Source: Octopus sinensis (lineage: Eukaryota). From it: a DNA stretch of 64,000 nt. The notes under the pieces were generated by a model that saw only the letters and a program-made list of their open reading frames with translations, searched no databases and was not told the DNA's origin. Made by a program: the position numbers and the translations under genes. This document shows, one piece after another, positions 10,949-22,182 of this stretch (position 1 is its first letter; every line of letters starts with the position of its first letter). Location: NCBI RefSeq assembly GCF_006345805.1, contig NC_043002.1:108562001-108626000 (forward strand), given 5' to 3'.

Positions 10949-13900
10949 GTGTGTGTGTGTGTGTGTGCATGCATGTGTGTGTAGGGGTGTGTACTCCATG
11001 GTCCAATGTCCCTGTTCATTGTGTGTGTGTGTATGTGTGTGTACTCCATGGTCTAATGTGCCTATTCATTTGCGTGTGTGTGTATGTGTGTGTACTCCAT
11101 GGTCTAATGTGCCTGTTCATTTGTTTGTGTGTGTAGGTGTGTGTACTCCATGGTCTAATGTGCCTGTTCATTTGTGTGTGTGTGTAGGTGTGTGTACTCC
11201 ATGGTCTAATGTGCCTGTTCATTTGTGTGTGTGTGTAGGTGTGTGTACTCCATGGTCTAATGTGCCTGTTCATTTGTGTGTGTGTGTAGGTGTGTGTACT
11301 CCATGGTCTAATGTGCCTGTTCATTTGCGTGTGTGTGTATGTGTGTGTACTCCATGGTCTAATGTGCCTGTTCATTTGTGTGTGTGTGTGTGTGTGTGTG
11401 TACTCCATGGTCTAATGTGCCTGTTCATTTGTGTGTGTGTGTAGGTGTGTGTACTCCATGGTCTAATGTGCCTGTTCATTTGTGTGTGTGTAGGTGTGTG
11501 TACTCCATGGTCTAATGTGCCTGTTCATTTGTGTGTGTGTGTATGTGTGTGTACTCCATGGTCTAATGTGCCTGTTCATTTGTGTGTGTGTGTATGTGTG
11601 TGTACTCCATGGTCTAATGTGCCTGTTCATTTGCGTGTGTGTGTATGTGTGTGTACTCCATGGTCTAATGTGCCTGTTCATTTGTGTGTGTGTAGGTGTG
11701 TGTACTCCATGGTCTAATGTGCCTGTTCATTTGTGCATGCATGCATGTGTGTGTACTCCATGGTCTAATGTGCCTGTTCATTTGCGTGTGTGTGTATGTG
11801 TGTGTACTCAATGGTCTAATGTGCCTGTTCATTTGTGTGTGTGTGTGTGTAGGTGTGTACTCCATGGTCTAATGTGCCTGTTCTTTTGTGTGTGTGTGTG
11901 TGTACTCCATGGTCTAATGTGCCTGTTCATTTGTGTGTGTAGTTGTGTGTACTCTATGGTCTAATGTGCCTGTTCATTTGCGTGTGTGTGTATGTGTGTG
12001 TACTCCATGGTCTAATGTGCCTGTTCATTTGTGTCTGTGTGTATGTGTGTGTACTCCATGGTCTAATGTGCATGTTCATTTCTGTGTGTGTAGGTGTGTG
12101 TACTCCATGGTCTAATGTGCCTGTTCATTTGTGTGTGTGTAGGTGTGTGTACTCCATGGTCTAATGTGCCTGTTCATTTGTGTGTATGTGTGTGTACTCC
12201 ATGGTCTCATGTGCCTGTTCATTTGTGTGTATGTGTGTGTACTCCATGGTCTAATGTGCCTGTTCATTTGCGTGTGTGTGTATGTGTGTGTACTCCATGG
12301 TCTAATGTGCCTGTTCATTTGTGTGTGTGTGTGTAGGTGTGTGTACTCCATGGTCTAATGTGCCTGTTCATTTGTGTTTATGTGTGTGTACTCCATGGTC
12401 TCATGTGCCTGTTCATTTGCGTGTATGTGTGTGTACTCCATGGTCTAATGTGCCTGTTCATTTGTGTGTGTGTGTGTAGGTGTGTGTACTCCATGGTCTA
12501 ATGTGTCTGTTCATTTGTGTGTGTGTGTAGGTGTGTGTACTCCATGGTCTAATGTGCCTGTTCATTTGCGTGTGTGTGTATGTGTGTGTACTTCATGGTC
12601 TAATGTGCCTGTTCATTTGTGTCTGTGTGTATGTGTGTGTACTCCATGGTCTAATGTGCATGTTCATTTCTGTGTGTGTAGGTGTGTGTACTCCATGGTC
12701 TAATGTGCCTGTTCATTTGTGTGTGTGTAGGTGTGTGTACTCCATGGTCTAATGTGCCTGTTCATTTGTGTGTATGTGTGTGTACTCCATGGTCTCATGT
12801 GCCTGTTCATTTGTGTGTATGTGTGTGTACTCCATGGTCTAATGTGCCTGTTCATTTGCGTGTGTGTGTATGTGTGTGTACTCCATGGTCTAATGTGCCT
12901 GTTCATTTGTGTGTGTGTGTAGGTGTGTGTACTCCATGGTCTAATGTGCCTGTTCATTTGTGCATGCATGCATGTGTGTGTACTCCATGGTCTAATGTGC
13001 CTGTTCATTTGCGTGTGTGTGTATGTGTGTGTACTCCATGGTCTAATGTGCCTGTTCATTTGCGTGTGTGTGTATGTGCGTGTACTCCATGGTCTAATGT
13101 GCCTGTTCATTTGTGTGTGTAGGTGTGTGTACTCCATGGTCTAATGTGCCTGTTCATTTGTGTGTGTGTGTAGGTGTGTGTACTCCATGGTCTAATGTGC
13201 CTGTTCATTTGCGTGTGTGTGTATGTGTGTGTACTCAATGGTCTAATGTGCCTGTTCATTTGCGTGTGTGTATGTGTGTGTACTCCATGGTCTAATGTGC
13301 CTGTTCATTTGCGTGTGTGTGTATGTGTGTGTACTCCATGGTCTAATGTGCCTGTTCATTTGTGTGTGTGTGTAGGTGTGTGTACTCCATGGTCTAATGT
13401 GCCTGTTCATTTGTGTGTGTGTGTGTAGGTGTGTGTACACCATGGTCTAATGTGCCTGTTCATTTGTGTTTGTGTGTAGGTGTGTGTACTCCATGGTCTA
13501 ATGTGCCTGTTCATTTGCGTGTGTATGTGTGTGTACTCCATGGTCTAATGTGCCTGTTCATTTGTGTGTGTGTAGGTGTGTGTACTCCATGGTCTAATGT
13601 GCCTGTTCATTTGTGTGTGTGTGTTGGTGTGTGTACTCCATGGTCTAATGTGCCTGTTCATTTGTGTGTATGTGTGTGTACTCCATGGTCTAATGTGCCT
13701 GTTCATTTGTGTGTGTGTATGTGTGTGTACTCCATGGTCTAATGTGCCTGTTCATTTGCGTGTGTGTGTATGTGTGTGTACTCCATGGTCTAATGTGCCT
13801 GTTCATTTGCGTGTGCGTGTATGTGTGTGTACTCCATGGTCTAATGTGCCTGTTCATTTGCGTGTGTGTGTACGTGTGTGTACTCCATGGTCTAATGTGC

Positions 13901-16900
13901 CTGTTCATTTGCGTGTGTGTGTATGTGTGTGTACTCCATGGTCTAATGTGCCTGTTCATTTGCGTGTGTGTGTATGTGTGTGTACTCCATGGTCTAATGT
14001 GCCTGTTCATATGCGTGTGTGTGTATGTGTGTGTACTCCATGGTCTAATGTGCCTGTTCATTTGCGTGTGTGTGTATGTGTGTGTACTCCATGGTCTAAT
14101 GTGCCTGTTCATTTGCGTGTGTGTGTGTGTATGTGTGTGTACTCCATGGTCTAATGTGCCTGTTCATTTGCGCGTGTGTGTATGTGTGTACTCCATGGTC
14201 TAATGTGCCTGTTCATTTGCGTGTGTGTGTATGTGTGTGTACTCCATGGTCTAATGTGCCTGTTCATTTGTGTGTGTGTAGGTGTGTGTACTTCATGGTC
14301 TAATGTGCCTGTTCATTTGTGTGTGTGTACTCCATGGTCTAATGTGCCTGTTCATTTGTGTGTGTGTGTGTATGTGTGTGTACTCCATGGTCTAATGTGC
14401 CTGTTCATTTGCGTGTGTGTGTATGTGTGTGTACTCCATGGTCTAATGTGCCTGTTCATTTGCGCGTGTGTGTACTCCATGGTCTAATGTGCCTGTTCAT
14501 TTGCGCGTGTGTGTATGTGTGTGTACTCCATGGTCTAATGTGCCTGTTCATTTGCGTGTGTGTGTATGTGTGTGTACTTCATGGTCTAATGTGCCTGTTC
14601 ATTTGTGTGTGTGTGTAGGTGTGTGTACTCCATGGTCTAATGTGCCTGTTCATTTGTGTGTGTAGGTGTGTGTACTCCATGGTCTAATGTGCCTGTTCAT
14701 TTGCGCGTGTGTGTATGTGTGTGTACTCCATGGTCTAATGTGCCTGTTCATTTGCGTGTGTGTGTATGTGTGTGTACTCCATGGTCTAATGTGCCTGTTC
14801 ATTTGTGTGTGTAGGTGTGTGTACTCCATGGTCTAATGTGCCTGTTCATTTGCGCGTGTGTGTATGTGTGTGTACTCCATGGTCTAATGTGCCTGTTCAT
14901 TTGCGTGTGTGTGTATGTGTGTGTACTCCATGGTCTAATGTGCCTGTTCATTTGCGTGTGTGTGTATGCGTGTGTACTCCATGGTCTAATGTGCCTATTC
15001 ATTTGTGTGTGTGTGTATGTTTTTTGTACTCCATGGTCTAATGTGCCTGTTCATTTGCGTGTGTGTGTATATGTGTGTACTCCATGGTCTAATGTGCCTG
15101 TTCATTTGCGTGTGTGTGTATGCGTGTGTACTCCATGGTCTAATGTGCCTGTTCATTTGCGTGTGTGTGTAGGTGTGTGTACTCCATGGTCTAATGTGCC
15201 TGTTCATTTGCGTGTGTGTGTGTGTAGGTGTGTGTACTCCATGGTCTAATGTGCCTGTTCATTTGCGTGTGTGTGTACTCCATGGTCTAATGTGCCTGTT
15301 CATTTGTGTGTGTGTGTAGGTGTGTGTACTCCATGGTCTAATGTGCCTGTTCATTTGCGTGTGTGTAGGTATGTGTGTGTACTCCATGGTCTAATGTGCC
15401 TGTTCATTTGTGTGTGTGTGTATGTGTGTGTACTCCATGGTCTAATGTGCCTGTTCATTTGCGTGTGTGTGTATGTGTGTGTACTCCATGGTCTAATGTG
15501 CCTGTTCATTTGTGTGTGTGTGTAGGTGTGTGTACTCCATGGTCTAATGCGCCTGTTCATTTGTGTGTGTGTGTGTATGTGTGTGTACTCCATGGTCTAA
15601 TGTGCCTGTTCATTTGCGTGTGTGTGTATGTGTGTGTACTCCATGGTCTAATGTGCCTGTTCATTTTTTGTGTGTGTGTAGGTGTGTGTACTCCATGGTC
15701 CAATGTGCCTGTTCATTTGTATGTGTGTGTATGTGTGTGTACTCCATGGTCTAATGTGCCTGTTCATTTGTGTCTGTGTATATGTGTGTACTCCATGGTC
15801 CAGTGTGCCTGTTCATTTGTGTGTATGTGTGTGTACTCCATGGTCTAATGTGCCTGTTCATTTGTGTGTGTGTGTATGTGTGTGTACTCCATGGTCTAAT
15901 GTGCCTGTTCATTTGTGTGTATGTGTGTGTACTCCATGGTCTAATGTGCCTGTTCATTTGCGTGTGTGTGTATGTGTGTGTACTCCATGGTCTAATGTGC
16001 CTGTTCATTTGTGTGTATGTGTGTGTACTCCATGGTCTAATGTGCCTGTTCATTTGTGTGTGTGTATGTGTGTATACTCCATGGTCTAATGTGCCTGTTC
16101 ATTTGTGTGTATGTGTGTGTACTCCATGGTCTAATGTGCCTGTTCATTTGTGTGTATGTGTGTGTACTCCATGGTCTAATGTGCCTGTTCATTTGTGTGT
16201 GTGTGTATGTGTGTGTACTCCATGGTCTAATGTGTGTTCATTTGTGTGTGTGTGTGTAGTGTGTGTACTCCATTGTCTAATGTGCCTGTTCTTTGTGCAT
16301 GCATGCATGTGTGTGTACTCCATGGTCTAATGTGCCTGTTCATTTGTGTGTGTGTATGTGTGTGTACTCCATGGTCTAATGTGCCTGTTCATTTGTGTGT
16401 GTGTGTGTAGTGTGTGTACTCCATGGTCTAATGTGCCTGTTCATTGTGTGTGTGTAGGTGTGTGTACTCTATGTCTAATGTGCCTGTTCATTTGCGTGTG
16501 TGTATGTGTGTGTACTCCATGGTCTAATGTGCCTGTTCATTTGTGTGTATGTGTGTGTACTCCATGGTCTAATGTGTCTGTTCATTGTGTGTGTGTGTGT
16601 GGTGTACTCCATGGTCTAATGTGCCTGTTCATTTGTATGTGTGTGTAGGTGTGTGTACTCCATGGTCTAATGTGCCTGTTCATTTGTGTGTGTGTATGTG
16701 TGTGTACTCCATGGTCTAATGTGCCTGTTCATTTGTGTGTGTGTGTATGTGTGTGTACTCCATGGTCTAATGTGCCTGTTCATTTGTGTGTGTGTGTAGG
16801 TGTGTGTACTCCATGGTCTAATGTGCCTGTTCATTTGTGTGTGTAGGTGTGTGTACTCCATGGTCTAATGTGCCTGTTCATTTGTGTGTGTATGTGTGTG

Positions 16901-17655
16901 TACTCCATGGTCTAATGTGCCTGTTCATTTGTGTGTGTGTATGTGTGTGTACTCCATGGTCTAATGTGCCTGTTCATTTGTGTGTGTGTGTATGTGTGTG
17001 TACTCCATGGTCTAATGTGCCTGTTCATTTGTGTGTGTGTGTGTAGGTGTGTGTACTCCATGGTCTAATGTGCCTGTTCATTTGTGCATGCATGCATGTG
17101 TGTGTACTCCATGGTCTAATGTGCCTGTTCATTTGCGTGTGTGTGTATGTGTGTGTACTCCATGGTCTAATGTGCCTGTTCATTTGTGTGTGTGTGTGTA
17201 GGTGTGTACTCCATGGTCTAATGTGCCTGTTCATTTGTGTGTGTGTGTAGGTGTGTGTACTCCATGGTCTAATGTGCCTGTTCATTTGTGTGTGTGTAGG
17301 TGTGTGTACTCTATGGTCTAATGTGCCTGTTCATTTGTGTGTGTGTGTGTGTATGTGTGTGTACTCCATGGTCTAATGTGCCTGTTCATTTGCGTGTATG
17401 TGTGTGTACTCCATGGTCTAATGTGCCTGTTCATTTGTGTGTGTGTACTCTATGGTCTAATGTGCCTGTTCATTTGTGTGTGTGTAGGTGTGTGTACTCT
17501 ATGGTCTAATGTGCCTGTTCATTTGTGTGTGTGTGTATGTGTGTGTACTCCATGGTCTAATGTGCCTGTTCATTTGTGTGTATGTGTGTGTACTCCATGG
17601 TCTAATGTGCCTGTTCATGTGCACATGTGTATGTGTGTGCGCATGCGCGTGTGTA
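10949..17655. repeat. Tandem satellite, ~50-bp unit (roughly 130 copies): constant GTACTCCATGGTCTAATGTGCCTGTTCATTT plus a variable GT-rich spacer
   Basis: The 31-bp core recurs every ~39-55 bp (mostly 47-51) from 10991 to ~17618. Spacers are variants such as gtgtgtgtgtgtaggtgtgt, gcgtgtgtgtgtatgtgtgt and gtgcatgcatgcatgtgtgt. Confidence 0.97.
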
Positions 17656-18280
17656 CACCCCCCCACCTCACACACACACACTTTTTTTCTTCCTTTTGTT
17701 CTGTTCCTTTCTTGCCCTGCAAGTTACTTGGCAACCTTGCCCATATCATTGGCATGAAAGAGGAACCCCTGTACACTCTTTAAAAGGGGTTGGCATTAGC
17801 AAGGGCCTCCAGCAATAGAAACTGTGCCAAAGCTGAGACTAGGGCTCAGTGTGGCCTCATGGCCTGTCAAACCATCCAACCCATACCAGCATGGAAAATG
17901 GATGTTAAATGATGATGGTGGTGGTGGTGTGTGTGTGTGTGTGTCTGTTCTTTCACTGTTTGACAACCAGAGTTGGTTTGTTTATGTTCCTGTAACTTAT
18001 TGATTTGGCAAAAGAGACTGATAGATGTTTGTTTTCCTGCCCTTTAATTAAGATGATAAAGATTCCAAATTCGTTCATCATCCTTAAACAACCCTTCCAA
18101 TGTCATGCACTGTTTATCTTGATATGAGATCACATGTCGTGCACATATGGTTGTTATGCATGTGCCTCGTGTACCCTTATCAGATGGGCAGTCATGATGG
18201 ATATACTGGGTTTCGTATTTTTTACCCCAGTCTCACTTTGATGGCATGTGCTGCTCACTCACTCAATAATGATGATGATG

Positions 18281-18309
<29 letters not shown>

Positions 18310-18314
<5 letters not shown>

Positions 18315-18465
18315 TAAAGTTGCGTCTCATAGATCACTAGAACAAAAATGCTTTCTAACTGATGTATCAATACCAACAGATGACAATGTTTCTCTAAAAG
18401 AAATGCAGAAACTTTCAAAATACAAAAATCTGGAAATAGAGGTAACTCAAATGTGGAGTCTAAAT
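18310..18465 (+). mobile_element. R4-type LINE RLE fragment
   Basis: KCFLTDVSIPTDDNVSLKEMQKLSKYKNLEIEVTQMW matches the RLE motif C..IDV.IP.D.NV..KE.EKL.KY.DL.IE..RMW. Confidence 0.75.
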
Positions 18466-18932
18466 ACTCCTTTTAAGAGGAAAAAAATCATGTTGAAAAT
18501 GTCAATTTGTGGCACTCCAAAGAGTCACAACAGCTACCACCATCCATCCTTTTTTCTTCTCCTAATTAGTTATACAGCTTTCGGATTGTGGACTGCGGTA
18601 GGAATTCTCCCTATATTTTGATATTTTTTGAATTACAGGTACTTGACTTCATTTTTTTTTTCTTACAGGAGAAAACCGTTTGCCAATGCAAGGTGACAGT
18701 CCTACGTAGGATGATGTTACTACTTTTTAGCCCTAGGAAAACATCTTTTCCAACTGGCTACCGACACATGATCTGTGTCTGTATATTTGGAGCAAGGGAG
18801 TCTACTGCTTCCTTTCTAGCCTTAGTAATACTTGGAGACCAATGGTTTCTAGGTAATTTCCCTTCCTCAGTACAGGACAACTGCCAGCTAGAGATAGCAG
18901 TCACTCACTCTTGCTCGCAGTATATACTTTAA

Positions 18933-19239
18933 CCCCTTACCCAACAATTATTTTGAAAATGAATGTATTTTTTCAGACATATTTTTTAATTGTTTTATTT
19001 TACTATGTTTTGAATGTTGATTTCGAGGTATATTTCAAACCTTATTTATTATGAATTTTAATTCAATAATATTGATTTTAAATTACCGCTTTGGGCAAAA
19101 ACGAGTTAACCCGTTTTTAGACGAAGGAACTCGTTTGCTGTCGATTTTGGCAAGTCTATCTTTTGACGAGTTAACTCGCCAGAATAGAAAAAAACGATTT
19201 CGGTCAAAACGCATATATTCGTTTCTGCCGGGTAAGGGG
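18933..19239. mobile_element. piggyBac-like MITE
   Basis: TTAA at 18929-18932 and 19240-19243; TIR ccccttaccc / gggtaagggg. Confidence 0.85.
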
Positions 19240-20149
19240 TTAAAGGAATACTGAAAGGAATAAAAAAAAGAGAAAAAGTGAAAAGAACTCAGCAAACAGT
19301 TGTAGTTCTTTGTTTAGTTGATGTACTTTTTTATCTTCATGTTTACCCCGCAAAATATATTATTCATATCATTGATTTTATATCATTGATTTTATATCAT
19401 TGATTTTATATCATTGATTATGTGGTTAAGAAGCTTACTTTGTAAGCATGTGGTTTCATGTTCAGTCCCATTGTGTGGCACTGTGGCACCTTGGGTGAGT
19501 GTCTTCTATAATAACACCGGGTTGACTAATGCCTTGTGGGTGCATCGATCAGACTATCGGATGTTGTTACACACTGCTGGTCACAATGCACTTCCTTGCA
19601 TCATTTTAGCTTTTGAATGATGCCATCTTGCTGGCTAGACAGATTGGCGAGAGAGTGCCTGTGTGCATGAGTGCATACACGTGTGTGCATGAATGCATGT
19701 GTTTGTGCGTGTGTGTGTGTGTGTTCCCTTGGGTTTGTGTTTGTCCCCCTCCCTTTGACACCCATTATTAGTTTATACCCCCATAACTAAGAAATTTCAG
19801 CAAAACAGACCAATCGAATAATTACTGGGGTCAATTTGATCAACTAAACTCTTCAAGGCGTTGCCCCAGCATGGCCTCAGTTCACTGACTGAAACAAGTA
19901 AAAGATAAAGCTTGGCTTCCATACCTCATTGTGTTTTCTCTTCCTGCTGCTTCTACATATTGCACACAGTCCACTTTAAGTGCATAAATGCTGCATTAAG
20001 AGGTGCGATTAATGGTTTTAATTGTTAATAAGGTAAATATTTGAGACAAAAACCAAATTAATTATTATGCAGAAATCAGTTTCTTTTGTTCGTTAACAAA
20101 ACATTGGACTTCATCAGAATGATCGATTTTCTGTCTATCTTTTATCTTC

Positions 20150-20470
20150 TGTCTTTTACTTGTTTCAGTCATTAGACTGTGGCCATGCTGGGGCACCACC
20201 TTGAAGAATAAAATGACTTCAGTGCTTTTGTTTTCTGGTACTTATCCTCTCAGTCTCTTTTGCCGAACTGCTAAGTTATGGGGACATAGACACACCAGCA
20301 CCAGTTGTCAAGCAGTGGTGGGGGGTCAAACACAGACACAATGATGCACCCCATCCCCACACACAGACATACTTACACACGCACACACACACACACACAC
20401 ATGTATGATGAGCCTTTTTTCACTTTCTGCCTACGAAATCTACTTGCAAGGCTTTGGTTGACCCCAGGCT
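20150..20470 (-). mobile_element. Diverged SINE family A copy
   Basis: tgtttcagtcattagactgtggccatgctggggcacc tail and caaggctttggttgacc body. Confidence 0.7.
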
Positions 20471-20693
20471 TTGCTTGACCCCTGTGCTTTGTGCTCTATA
20501 GTTGTACATAATCATGAAAGTTACTCTCTCTGCTGTTATAGATTTATACAGGTCCAGTTTTGGTGAGGTCAAGTGCCTCTGGCCATATGAGTCTGACGAG
20601 TTACTTAAACGGTTAAACCAATGATCTCTCTTTGACTGGCCATAACAAACAACCTTCTAAATATATATATGTGCGTGTGTGTGTGTGTATATA

Positions 20694-20750
<57 letters not shown>

Positions 20751-22131
20751 AGAGTTCATGTAAAAAGCAAAAGACGAAGACAGGTGGTGTACAAAACAAA
20801 CAGATGTATTAGTATAACGCTCAGGAATAGAAAAAGTCTTTTATGTTTTGAGCCTACGCTCTTCTACAGAAAGGGACACAGAAAAAGACAAGGAGAGAAA
20901 AATATGTGTGTAGTGACTACCAATCTATTGTGGCGACCTATATATATAAGCATGACCTTCGAACATTAGGTCTCACTAAGAGACAATGACAGGAGACCAA
21001 GACCTTTGGAGATATGCTGTGACTGAGAAGACCCAGCAACTAAAGTGAGATTACAGCCATGCATGTCCTGCCCAGTTAAGAGAACCCCTGATGCGTCGTG
21101 CGATATGTCCCAAAGATAATTGAACAGTTATTTACTTAACCTAGCAAACTGAGATATAATGAAATGTAAAATTCTTGTAGGTTTATGTTCAACATAGAAA
21201 GTGTTCCATGAATCAAATTATGAACTGAATTGACCAATAATAAAATTATTTATTCAAATCCTAGAGATGCTGTTTGATTCCCACCAGCAGGCCTGTAGCC
21301 TTTTTTTTTTCTTTGTCTCAAATTGGTGCTTATAATAGTTTTTCTTTTTTTTTTTATATATATTTTTAAAGATCTTCTCCATCCTTCCTTCCACACTTCT
21401 GTTGTTTCAACGTTATTTACAAGTGGTTGATTTTCACCATAAACTAATCTTAGAATAACTGATTGCCTTCAGGAATGTAATGTTAGTTCTTCTGTCTCAC
21501 TGACAACATGAGAAAATTATTGCTTATTGTTTTAAGGCATCGTTATCAAGACCTGACAATTGTTGACATGTTACAGAATGTGAAATATCTTAAGGCCTAC
21601 ATTTTGTGACTAAATAAAAAAAAAATTTAAAAAACGCTTGAAAAAATTGAAAAACAAACTTTCTCATTTGAGATTTTGATTTCTTATTAATATCAAATGA
21701 ATTTTTTTTTTTTTTCTGTTTCGTTTTGTCTTTTATTTTATATTCAGCAATATACTACAGTCGTTTGGTTATAAAAAAAAACTTTATAACGATAACCAAT
21801 GTTCGGATTTGTAAAAATCATAGCAAACAAGAAAAATGGATATGAAAATAATTCAAACAGTATAAAAAAATTCTAAATCTTGGTCTTATAACCAGATCAG
21901 AAAGACGGATTATATCAAAGCGGGTGATCACTTCTACGAGTGTGGCAGTAATTTGCTCTTGTGAATCTGTTTTGACTTCAAAGAAAATTACTGACCTCTT
22001 TTTCTTGGGTGAAAACAAATTACAAAAGCAAATTTAAATAAAAAGTTTCTAAAAAAATCTTTGTATAATTTCGGATCACACTTTAAATTACTTTCAAAAA
22101 GATTCTGCACTGTAACTTGGAATTTCCAAGA

Positions 22132-22182
22132 TTAAACAATATCTTTGGAATCAGCTCTCTGAGACCATTCATGCCAAGAACC
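22132..22182 (-). CDS. TST/MPST-like: Coding exon 7 ([16 protein letters not shown])
   Basis: Acceptor ttcctaatttcag, phase 0; TAA at 22134-22132. Confidence 0.92.
   Translation of the reverse strand, partial: GSWHEWSQRADSKDIV

Noticed and set aside
16200-16650. Apparently more diverged sub-domain of the satellite
   Set aside because: The differences are mostly single-base deletions clustered in one stretch, as expected from long-read consensus error; not interpretable without reads.
10949-17655. CRISPR array (constant 31-bp repeat plus variable spacers)
   Set aside because: Spacers are short, redundant GT-microsatellite variants, not unique sequences. There are no cas genes, and the context is eukaryotic with spliceosomal introns and SINEs.
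8269-17783. Long Cys/Val/Met/Tyr- or His/Thr-rich ORFs (up to 295 aa)
   Set aside because: These are translations of (TATG)n and the GT satellite, open in several frames on both strands, with no splice or domain support.
21240-21760. Poly(A) signal of the sulfurtransferase gene
   Set aside because: Several minus-strand AATAAA candidates (for example 21249-21254 and 21732-21737) occur in very AT-rich DNA; none can be chosen without transcript data.
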